The notes beneath the pieces are model-generated. The model had not been told where the DNA came from, searched no databases, and saw only the letters and a list, made by a program, of their open reading frames with translations. This document shows, piece after piece, positions 40,146 through 47,975 of a stretch of DNA of 64,000 nt. The stretch covers positions 302,564 to 366,563 of the forward strand of contig JBAZNP010000001.1 in assembly GCA_041649155.1 (NCBI GenBank), given 5' to 3'. The translations under genes were made by a program, and so were the position numbers. The stretch comes from Patescibacteria group bacterium. GTDB taxonomy: Bacteria; Patescibacteriota; UBA1384; XYA2-FULL-43-10; 1-14-0-10-43-13. Within the stretch, counting starts at the first letter, position 1. Every line of letters begins with the position of its first letter.

Positions 40146-41144
40146 CTAGTCCTGAATTAGGTTAATAATTAACTTAATTATAGCATCTTTTTCTCTTGGA
40201 TTGCTCGAAGCAACAAGCAAAGCCAACGCCACTAACGTACGATCAGAAATTTTTGTTTCACCATTTTCTTTAAACAGAAAATTGTTCTTTTCTAAAAAAT
40301 ATAAGAATAAAAGCGACCCAATACGCTTATTGCCGTCAGAAAAAGGGTGGTCTTTTATTACAAAATACAATAAATGAGCTGCCTTTCCCTCGACTGAACC
40401 ATATAAATCTTCTCCACCAAAGGTCTGATAAAGATTGCCAATAATACCCTCAAACTGATGGTCCCTTTCAGAGCCGAAAAGATCGCCAACAATTTTCTTG
40501 GCGATTAAATCATCTTTTAGTCTGTCAATAATTTCACGACATTTGTAATACTTGAGAGCAAATTTAGCTTTCTTTTGCTTTTTAATTTCGATTTTGTTTT
40601 CATCATACTCACCCAGCACTTTCCATGTTTTGGAATACCTTTCGATGACATCTAGAATTTCTTGTTCGTGACCAGTAAGTTCAACTTGTTTCGCTTTTTC
40701 TGTAATAAATCTAATGATCGATTGAACCTCTTTAAATTTTTTATCGTTGATTGCGTAACCTTTGACTAAATAATTGCGCAGCGTTTTGGTCGCCCAGACA
40801 CGAAAATCAGTCGCTTTTTTAGAACTAACACGATATCCAATAGATAAAATCATATCCAAATTATAGAACTTAGTGTCATAAACCTTCCCGTCACTGGCAG
40901 TTATCCGGAATTTCCGGATAACTGAATTCTCTTCCAACTCTGCCTCTTTAAAAATGTTCTTTATATGCTCATTGATCGTTCGAACATCTTTACCAAAAAC
41001 TTCCCCAATTTGTTTTTGCGTCAGCCACACAGTCTCATCTTGGATTTTTGTCTTAATTTCAATGTTACCAGACTTCGATTTGTAAATTATTAATTCCCCT
41101 TCTTGCTTCATAATTCCTTCTTTTTTAAGTATATTGTAACACAA
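40146..41144 (-). CDS. RhuM-family N-domain fused to a Doc/Fic toxin-like domain
   Basis: N-terminal RhuM-like HTH region (WLTQKQIGEVFGKDVRTINEHIKNIF). C-terminal Doc-type motif HPFSDGNKRIG. The real start is probably the internal M at ~41111. Confidence 0.65.
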   Translation of the reverse strand: MCYNILKKEGIMKQEGELIIYKSKSGNIEIKTKIQDETVWLTQKQIGEVFGKDVRTINEHIKNIFKEAELEENSVIRKFRITASDGKVYDTKFYNLDMILSIGYRVSSKKATDFRVWATKTLRNYLVKGYAINDKKFKEVQSIIRFITEKAKQVELTGHEQEILDVIERYSKTWKVLGEYDENKIEIKKQKKAKFALKYYKCREIIDRLKDDLIAKKIVGDLFGSERDHQFEGIIGNLYQTFGGEDLYGSVEGKAAHLLYFVIKDHPFSDGNKRIGSLLFLYFLEKNNFLFKENGETKISDRTLVALALLVASSNPREKDAIIKLIINLIQD

Positions 41145-41187
41145 AACACGCCTAAGCCGCTTAATACTTGATATAAAATACCAAATA

Positions 41188-43494
41188 TTAGCCTTTAGGC
41201 CATTTTGAGATCATTATTGACTCACAAAGTTCTGGATAAATATTCCTAAGCTCCTGCCAGACTGCTTCAGTTACAAAAGGCACAAATGGATGAAGCATTA
41301 TAAGAGTTTCCGAGAGAACTTTTATTAGTACCTTTTTAGTTGTCAGTTGTAAGCCGTGCCTACCGGCAGGCAGGTTGTCAGTTGTAAGTTGCGTTTTAGC
41401 AACTTCGATATACTCATCGCAGAAATCATGCCAGAAATAGTCATAAATTTCCTCGCCGGCATGAGAGAAACGAAATTCGTTCAATTTTTTAGTGATGGAT
41501 TTTTTAACTTCTTCATGCTTTTTCAAAATCTCTTTGTCTGGACCAGTCAATATTTTTTCGTCAATATTCAAATTAGTAACTTTTGTTTCGCCGATTTTTC
41601 CGCTTTGAATGTCGCCTTCAGATACTCGTAGCATTACAAAACGAGAAGCATTCCAAATCTTATTTGAAAAATTACGGTAGCCTTTAATTTTTGCTTCACC
41701 AAGCGCAACGTCCTGTCCCGGTGTCGAACCGACAACCAAAGCCATTCGCAGAGCATCTGTGCCGTACTTATCGATAATATCCAAAGGATCCAAAACATTG
41801 CCAAGAGACTTGCTCATCTTTCGATTATGCTCATCCCGAACCAGACCGTGAAGATATACCGTTTCAAAAGGAACCTCTCCTGTTAGCTCTAGTCCCATCA
41901 TGATCATTCGAGCAACCCAGAAAAATAAAATATCGTAACCGGTTTCAAGCACATTTGTCGGATAAAAAGATTTTAAATCATTTGTTTCTTGTGGCCAACC
42001 TAAGGTTGAAAATGGCCACAAAGAAGACGAAAACCAAGTGTCTAAGACATCTTCGTCTTGCTCCCAATTTTCAATATCTTTCGGCGGCTCGACACCGACG
42101 TAAATATTGTCCTGACCCTGACAGGATTTCTCGCCTTCATTCATCCGCCCAACGGCGGGTTCTGAATGGGTCGAAATGACATCTTGGAATTTGGGATTTG
42201 GGACTTCATTAGAAATTAGAAATTCGGAATTAGAAATTCCCCGTCTGTACCAGACGGGTATCTGATGTCCCCACCAAAGTTGGCGAGAGATGCACCAATC
42301 ACGAATGTTGTCCATCCAGTGAAAATATACTTTTTCAAAACGCTCCGGAATTATTTTGATTTGTCCGGATCTTACAGCCTCTTTGGCTTTTTCTGCCAAA
42401 GGCGCCATTTTTACGAACCACTGCAAAGAAGGAAGGGGCTCAATTGTGCCGCCACATCGATAACAAACGCTCAAATTATTTGTATAATCCTCTTCTTTTT
42501 CGAGCAAATCGTTTTCTTTGAAATATTGAATTAATTTCTCTGCCGCTTCCTTTGTTTTTAAACCTTGATATTTGCCGGCCTCTTCAGTCATTCTGCCATT
42601 TTCATCTATGACTTTGATTTTTTCAAGTTTATGATCTTCGGACATCTTCCAGTCAGTCATTGAATGAGCTGGTGTTACACCAACTGCGCCGGTACCAAAT
42701 TTTTCATCAATTGACCTATCGGCAATAATTTTGATCTTACGCTTAACGCCGTCAAGATCAATTTCATATTCTTTACCGATAAATTCTTTGTATCGCTTAT
42801 CGTTCGAGTTAACAGCAACGGCCACATCACCAAGCTTGGTTTCCGGTCTCGTAGTCGCGATTGTTATCGGGAAATTTTTATCATATTTGAAATAATAAAG
42901 TTTTGATGACTTTTCAATGTGTTCAACCTCGTCATCAGCAATAGCCGTGTGGCATTTCGGGCACCAGTTAACAATGTAATTACCTCGATAGATAAGGCCT
43001 TTTTTATAAAGCCTGGTGAATGCTTCATTAACTGCCTTGTTTAATCCTTCATCAAGGGTAAATCTTTCCCTTGACCAATCACAGGATGAACCAAGCCGGC
43101 GAAGCTGATTTGTAATCGCATTACCATGCTCCTCTTTCCACTTCCAAACCTCCTCAACAAATTTGTCCCTACCGATTTCGTTTTTGTTAATGCCTTTTTT
43201 GCGAAGAGATTTATCAACCACAGTTTGAGTGGCAATGCCAGCGTGATCTGTGCCGGGAAGCCAAAGCGATGGCTCGCCCAAAAGGCGATGGTATCTAGTT
43301 AAAATATCTTCAAGAGTTGAAAACATGGCATGACCAAGGTGAAGTTTGCCGGTTACATTCGGAGGCGGCATCATGATTGTGAACGGCTTGCCATCCAGAT
43401 TCACTTCAGGTTTAAAATAGCCGGATTTTTCCCAGTTATTATAGATCTTCTCTTCAAATTTTTGCGGCTCGTAAGCCTTAGAAATTTCTTTCAT
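41188..43494 (-). CDS. valS: Valyl-tRNA synthetase, carrying a ~47-aa in-frame repeat-derived insertion
   Basis: HIGH-like PPPNVTGKLHLGHA, KMSKS, DVLDTWFSS. The track ORF extends to 43617, but its first 41 codons are translations of the intergenic repeats. The true start MKEISKAYEP is at 43494. Confidence 0.9.
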   Translation of the reverse strand: MKEISKAYEPQKFEEKIYNNWEKSGYFKPEVNLDGKPFTIMMPPPNVTGKLHLGHAMFSTLEDILTRYHRLLGEPSLWLPGTDHAGIATQTVVDKSLRKKGINKNEIGRDKFVEEVWKWKEEHGNAITNQLRRLGSSCDWSRERFTLDEGLNKAVNEAFTRLYKKGLIYRGNYIVNWCPKCHTAIADDEVEHIEKSSKLYYFKYDKNFPITIATTRPETKLGDVAVAVNSNDKRYKEFIGKEYEIDLDGVKRKIKIIADRSIDEKFGTGAVGVTPAHSMTDWKMSEDHKLEKIKVIDENGRMTEEAGKYQGLKTKEAAEKLIQYFKENDLLEKEEDYTNNLSVCYRCGGTIEPLPSLQWFVKMAPLAEKAKEAVRSGQIKIIPERFEKVYFHWMDNIRDWCISRQLWWGHQIPVWYRRGISNSEFLISNEVPNPKFQDVISTHSEPAVGRMNEGEKSCQGQDNIYVGVEPPKDIENWEQDEDVLDTWFSSSLWPFSTLGWPQETNDLKSFYPTNVLETGYDILFFWVARMIMMGLELTGEVPFETVYLHGLVRDEHNRKMSKSLGNVLDPLDIIDKYGTDALRMALVVGSTPGQDVALGEAKIKGYRNFSNKIWNASRFVMLRVSEGDIQSGKIGETKVTNLNIDEKILTGPDKEILKKHEEVKKSITKKLNEFRFSHAGEEIYDYFWHDFCDEYIEVAKTQLTTDNLPAGRHGLQLTTKKVLIKVLSETLIMLHPFVPFVTEAVWQELRNIYPELCESIMISKWPKG
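42110..42262. repeat. Composite palindromic repeat insertion inside valS (GC-rich hairpins plus TTAGAAATT motif)
   Basis: Hairpins CCCGTCTG-TAC-CAGACGGG and GGAATT-AGA-AATTCC, plus a GAAATGAC terminus. They encode RGISNSEFLISNEVPNPKFQDVISTHSEPAVGRMNEGEKSCQGQ between the conserved WY and DNIYVG. Confidence 0.7.
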
Positions 43495-43542
43495 CACAAT
43501 TAAAATATCACAAGAGAGCTTTAAGCGCCAGAACCAATATTT

Positions 43543-43615
43543 GTCATTCCCGTGTAGACGGGAATCTACTAAAAGATATAAAACTATCTTGGATCCCCGC
43601 CTTCGCGGGGATGAC
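43543..43615. repeat. Family-A composite element (two inverted hairpin units plus 21-bp spacer), intergenic between valS and tsaD
   Basis: GTCATTCCCGTGTAGACGGGAATCTAC ... GGATCCCCGCCTTCGCGGGGATGAC. Confidence 0.8.
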
Positions 43616-43632
43616 ATGGAAAATAAGAAATG

Positions 43633-44832
43633 TCATATCTCTAAATTTGAATTGATTTCAATGTCTTTCCATGTTGAAATATTTTTCTTTTGAATATGGT
43701 AGTAAGCCGCTAGCCCGATCATTGCGGCATTATCACCACATAAATTTTTAGGCGCAGGTAAAAATTTTATACTGTTATCTGTTATCTGTATTCTGTATGC
43801 TAACTCGCTTCTCAAGCGAGTATTGGCAGCAACTCCTCCGGCCAGCACAACTGCTTTCGGCTCAAATTTCTCCACTGCCCTCATCGTTTTTGTAACCAGC
43901 ACATCAACAACAGCATCCTCAAAAGCAGCACAGATCTCTTCCTTTTGATCTTCCGAAATTAATCCCTGCTTTCTTGAATCAATCACTTTCTGGAGTACTG
44001 CAGTCTTAAGCCCAGAGAAAGAAAAGTTAAAAGTTCCATTATTCAGGATTGGTCTCGGAAAAATAATCCCTTCTCTGCCCTCTACCTTCCCCTTTCTACT
44101 TCTAAACTTGCTTGCGAGCTTAGAAACCACTGGTCCACCTGGATAGCCTAGCCCGAGCAACTTAGCCACCTTATCAAAAGCTTCGCCTGCCGCATCGTCT
44201 AAAGTCTGCCCGATCGTTTCGTATTCTCCATGATCTTTCATAAGTGTCAGCGAAGTATGACCGCCACTTACAGTTAATGATAAGACTGGAAATTGACACG
44301 AAGTGTCATCCTCGGGCTTGACCCGGGGATCCACTAATAGTAGATTCCCGCCTTCGCGGGAATGACAATAAGCGAAAGCGGAGTATATGTGTCCTTCTAT
44401 GTGATTTACGGGAATAATCGGCTTATCCAAAGAATAAGCCGTGGCCTTTGCAGCATTAAATCCGACTAAAAGAGATCCGATTAAACCTGGACCATTAGTA
44501 ACGGCAATGTGAGTGATATCATTCTGAAGCACTTTTATAGCCTCAGAATAGTTACTAGTTCCTAGTTTCGAATCATTAGAATCCTTGTAACTAGTGACTT
44601 GTAGCTTGTTACTCGCCTGAATCAATGCTTCCGTTATCACTGGAATAATATTTTCCATATGAGCACGACTGGCCACTTCAGGTACGACTCCGCCTGTTAT
44701 CGCATGCAAATCGACTTGAGAATTTACAATATTTGATAGAACAATAGGATTGCCATCTTTTTCGCCAATTACAGAAGCAGCCGTCTCATCGCAGCTCGTC
44801 TCAATAGCTAATATTTTAATATCTTTTTTCAT
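43633..44832 (-). CDS. tsaD: tRNA N6-adenosine threonylcarbamoyltransferase TsaD/Kae1, carrying in-frame repeat insertions
   Basis: ILAIETSCDETAASV...GGVVPEVASRAH...NGPGLIGSLLVG...SGGHTSL. At 399 aa it is ~60 aa longer than a typical TsaD. Confidence 0.85.
   Translation of the reverse strand: MKKDIKILAIETSCDETAASVIGEKDGNPIVLSNIVNSQVDLHAITGGVVPEVASRAHMENIIPVITEALIQASNKLQVTSYKDSNDSKLGTSNYSEAIKVLQNDITHIAVTNGPGLIGSLLVGFNAAKATAYSLDKPIIPVNHIEGHIYSAFAYCHSREGGNLLLVDPRVKPEDDTSCQFPVLSLTVSGGHTSLTLMKDHGEYETIGQTLDDAAGEAFDKVAKLLGLGYPGGPVVSKLASKFRSRKGKVEGREGIIFPRPILNNGTFNFSFSGLKTAVLQKVIDSRKQGLISEDQKEEICAAFEDAVVDVLVTKTMRAVEKFEPKAVVLAGGVAANTRLRSELAYRIQITDNSIKFLPAPKNLCGDNAAMIGLAAYYHIQKKNISTWKDIEINSNLEI
43771..43800. 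repeat. Family-C repeat copy (ACTGTTATCTGTTATCTGTATTCTGTATGC) inside tsaD
   Basis: Near-identical to 60617-60647. Inverted copy at 45554-45580. Confidence 0.6.
44305..44366. repeat. Family-A composite element inserted in-frame within tsaD
   Basis: GTCATCCTCGGGCTTGACCCGGGGATCCAC TAATAGTA GATTCCCGCCTTCGCGGGAATGAC. Translated as ...AYCHSREGGNLLLVDPRVKPEDDTSCQF... Confidence 0.8.
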
Positions 44833-44844
44833 AAATAATGATTT

Positions 44845-44866
44845 GAGCCCCGACGTGTCGGGGCTC
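44845..44866. terminator. GC hairpin GAGCCCCGAC-GT-GTCGGGGCTC, possible terminator or attenuator between convergent gene ends
   Basis: Perfect 10-bp stem. The flanking T run is only moderate. Confidence 0.35.
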
Positions 44867-44891
44867 TGTTCTTTGCCGACATGTAGTAATG

Positions 44892-45194
44892 TTAATATGC
44901 ATTCTTGCTTGCTTTAAGTTTCTTGTTTAGCCGCATATGGTCGATTAATATTCCCAACACCAGCCCAATGATAATCTCTGCTAGATACCAAGACCCGATT
45001 GAAACATGAAGTACCATCGTCCCCACGATAAGCGCACCGAATGGTAGCAGAAAGAAAACATGATAAGAGTATCTGTTGAAATCAAGCGACAAGATGCCAC
45101 CCTGTTTTGGGCTCACACTTATAAACTCTCCAAAACGTACAAACAATACTCCAAGCACTAGTGCGCTTAAAATTACAAAAACTTGAATTGCCAC
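44892..45194 (-). CDS. Small hydrophobic membrane protein, function unknown
   Basis: 100 aa with 3 predicted TM helices. Confidence 0.4.
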   Translation of the reverse strand: MAIQVFVILSALVLGVLFVRFGEFISVSPKQGGILSLDFNRYSYHVFFLLPFGALIVGTMVLHVSIGSWYLAEIIIGLVLGILIDHMRLNKKLKASKNAY

Positions 45195-45314
45195 TATAGC
45201 ACCTCTCTGTCGACACTAAAACTATACCATTTACGCTCGATTAAAGCAACGAAGTTTGTTGGTTATCCTCCCCTCGACTTGCTAGGGCTAATTTGATACT
45301 CTAAAAGTGACGTA

Positions 45315-45381
45315 GTCATCCCCGCGAAGGCGGGGATCCATAAAACTATTTATATAGATTCCCGATCAGGTCGGGAATGAC
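45315..45381. repeat. Family-A composite element overlapping the annotated start of the femAB-like gene
   Basis: GTCATCCCCGCGAAGGCGGGGATCCA TAAAACTATTTATATA GATTCCCGATCAGGTCGGGAATGAC. Confidence 0.8.
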
Positions 45382-46375
45382 ACATGGAATGAATTCATCA
45401 ATCTATCAAACCCCCGAGTGGGAACAATTCAAGCTTAAAACCGGATACGAGAAAAGCTACCGTATTGAAGACATTTTAGTATTGCAAAAAAAGTTACCTT
45501 TCGGCAGAACCATGCTTTACTCACCAATGGTGAGCGAGCACCAGCTCGCTGGTATTCAGAATGCAGATAACAGAATACAGAAAGATTTTGTAACTGGAAT
45601 AAAAAAGGTTGCGGAAGAAAATAATGCAATATTTTATCGCTTAGAATTAGATATTCCAAAAGAACTTTCCACTTTCCACTTTCCACTTTCCACTCGAAAC
45701 TTTCAAAAAAGTTTCGAAGAGATGCAGCCTGAAAATAATTGGGTGGTTGATATTACAAAAACCGAAGATGAAATACTGGCTCAAATGAAGCAAAAAGGCC
45801 GATACAACATTAGAGTGGCAGAGAAAAACAATATCGAGATAACATCATCAGACAAAGCTGGGAAAGAACTGGATGTTTTTTACGATCTGTATTCAAAAAC
45901 CGGCAAACGAAAAGGCGTTACCTATAGAGGCAAGGCATATTTCGAAAATCTGCTTGATATTTTAGGCAAAATTGACTATGCTAGAACGTACGCCGCTACA
46001 GCAAAAATCAACAGTAAAACTGTTCCCCTTGCTGCTGCTGTCATAATTTTTTATAAAAAAGAAGCGCTCTACCTCTACGGCGGATCAAGCGACGAATATA
46101 AAAATTTGATGGCTCCTTACCTTCTCCACTGGAAAATCATGCTTGATGCGAAAGAAAAGAGAATTGAAAAATACAATTTTCTAGGCGTGGCTCCCGCCGG
46201 AACAAGCCCTCTGGGCGAGGCCACTGACGACCCTTCCCATCCATGGGCCGGCATCACAAGATTCAAAAAACAATTTGGCGGTGAACAGAAAGATATTCTG
46301 GGCAGTTACGATTTAATCCTGAAGCCGCTTGAGTATCAATTGTTTAAAATAGCAGAAAAAATAAGACGCAAATAA
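45377..46375 (+). CDS. FemAB-family peptidoglycan aminoacyltransferase
   Basis: KQKGRYNIRVAEKNNIEI and YLLHWKIMLDAKEKRIEKYNFLGV match FemXAB signatures. The true start is probably the ATG at 45389, because the track start lies in the repeat. Confidence 0.65.
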   Translation: MTHGMNSSIYQTPEWEQFKLKTGYEKSYRIEDILVLQKKLPFGRTMLYSPMVSEHQLAGIQNADNRIQKDFVTGIKKVAEENNAIFYRLELDIPKELSTFHFPLSTRNFQKSFEEMQPENNWVVDITKTEDEILAQMKQKGRYNIRVAEKNNIEITSSDKAGKELDVFYDLYSKTGKRKGVTYRGKAYFENLLDILGKIDYARTYAATAKINSKTVPLAAAVIIFYKKEALYLYGGSSDEYKNLMAPYLLHWKIMLDAKEKRIEKYNFLGVAPAGTSPLGEATDDPSHPWAGITRFKKQFGGEQKDILGSYDLILKPLEYQLFKIAEKIRRK

Positions 46376-46481
46376 TTTAAAATTTTTATTTATTAATTTT
46401 TATTCAATTTTTAATGTTCCAATGTTTAAGAATTTAAAATTAGAATTTGATTAGAAATTAGATATTAAGAATTAGAAATTT

Positions 46482-47807
46482 ATGAAGCTTCTTTCTAAGC
46501 TCCTATCTCGATCAACAAAAAATAAACTCCACCTTCTAAAAGCTAAGGTGGCTAATTTTCAGTCTGGTTATCCATCCAAAAAAATCAAGGTTATTGGCGT
46601 GACCGGCACAAAAGGTAAAACTTCAGTATGTAACATGATCGCCTCTGTTCTCGATGCAGCCGGTATAAAGAATGCCATGGAAACAACCATCAACACTAAG
46701 ATCGGCGACAAAGTAACTCCTCACAAAACAAAAACCAGATGGGTTACCACTCCTCCAGCTTCAGTCGTCCAAAAATTCCTGAAAGAAGCAGTTAAGGAAG
46801 GATGTGAATACGCAATTTTAGAAGTCTCCTCTCAGGCAATCGATCAAAATCGAATTTACGGTATCGATTTTGATGTTCTGGTTTATACCAACTTGTCACA
46901 TGAGCACATGGAATATCACAAAACAAGAGAAAATTATTTAGCAGCAAAGTTAAAGCTTTTTATCGATAATCCCGAAGCCAAATCAGTAGTAAATATGGAT
47001 GACGCGAACTGGACCAAATTTCATGGTCTACCAGCAAGAGAAAAGTTTTTGTACTCCGTAAAAAAATCAGTTGATCACGGCATTGTGGCTAGAAAAATTT
47101 TACCAAGCGCAAATAGTATCACCTTTACAGCTGCCTATGAGAACGGACAGAACACTGTAAATTTGAATTTACCCGGTGTGTTTAATGTGCAAAATGCTTT
47201 GGCCGCCTTCTGTGCCGGACTGGCTTTAAATATTGATCCCGAGAAAATCAAGAAGGGTCTCGAGAGTATTGAACTAATCTCTGGTCGGATGGAAGCAATT
47301 AAAGTTTCCAAAGATCAGGATTTCACGGTAATAGTAGATTATGCTCACAATGCTGACTCATTAAAGAATGTCTATGAAACAATCCGTGAAGGAATGAAAA
47401 ACTCCGGAGGAAGATTGATCGCTGTCTTAGGAGCTACCGGCAGAAGAGATGCCACGAAACGGCCAATAATGGGAGCATTGGCTGGCCGATATGCTGACTT
47501 GGTGATTTTTACCGACGAAGATCCATACGACGAAGAGCCTTCTGCAATCATTGAAGAAGTGGCTGAAGGAATTCATAAGGGAGCAAAGAAAAAACATCAA
47601 TGGAGGCTGCACAGAAACTATTGGAAAGTTCTCGACAGAGCACAGGCAATTCACAAAGCAATAAAAGAAGCACAAAAAAATGATGTTGTCGTAATCACAG
47701 GCAAAGGGGCAGAGGAAGTAATGGCAGTCGGCCTTGATAAATTTATTCCTTTTTCAGATCGCAAAATCGCAAAAGAAGAACTCTCTAAAAGATTTCCAAC
47801 CATGTAA
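46482..47807 (+). CDS. Mur ligase family protein (MurE-like)
   Basis: VIGVTGTKGKTS P-loop and Mur ligase middle and C-terminal domain pattern. Confidence 0.65.
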   Translation: MKLLSKLLSRSTKNKLHLLKAKVANFQSGYPSKKIKVIGVTGTKGKTSVCNMIASVLDAAGIKNAMETTINTKIGDKVTPHKTKTRWVTTPPASVVQKFLKEAVKEGCEYAILEVSSQAIDQNRIYGIDFDVLVYTNLSHEHMEYHKTRENYLAAKLKLFIDNPEAKSVVNMDDANWTKFHGLPAREKFLYSVKKSVDHGIVARKILPSANSITFTAAYENGQNTVNLNLPGVFNVQNALAAFCAGLALNIDPEKIKKGLESIELISGRMEAIKVSKDQDFTVIVDYAHNADSLKNVYETIREGMKNSGGRLIAVLGATGRRDATKRPIMGALAGRYADLVIFTDEDPYDEEPSAIIEEVAEGIHKGAKKKHQWRLHRNYWKVLDRAQAIHKAIKEAQKNDVVVITGKGAEEVMAVGLDKFIPFSDRKIAKEELSKRFPTM

Positions 47808-47880
47808 TTGACCGCTCGTTAGTTACTGATATTTGAATATCAAACTTACATATTAAACCACGATTATCAGGCGTTAGGTA

Positions 47881-47918
47881 TTGACAAGTCGTGGCTTTTT
47901 TGGTACAATGATATAATT
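47881..47918 (+). promoter_or_regulatory. Strong sigma70-like promoter TTGACA-17-TACAAT with extended GATATAAT
   Basis: Near-consensus hexamers. A small ORF lies 58 nt downstream. Confidence 0.5.
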
Positions 47919-47975
47919 TATTGTTCGAACTTGTTAAATGTTTGAAGAATAAAAAATATTAAAATTAAAAATATT

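Noticed and set aside
43495-43617. 41-codon N-terminal extension of valS in the ORF track (MSSPRRRGSKIVLYLLVDSRLHGNDKYWF...).
   Set aside because: It is a direct translation of the two intergenic family-A hairpins. The conserved ValRS N-terminus begins at the internal Met (MKEISKAYEP) at 43494.
43500-45400. Considered whether the recurring GTCAT...ATGAC hairpins are a CRISPR array.
   Set aside because: The units are imperfect palindromes, variable in sequence, irregularly spaced and not separated by unique spacers of uniform length. They occur singly and as inverted pairs, including inside ORFs. No cas genes are present. This is REP/MITE-like behaviour, not CRISPR.
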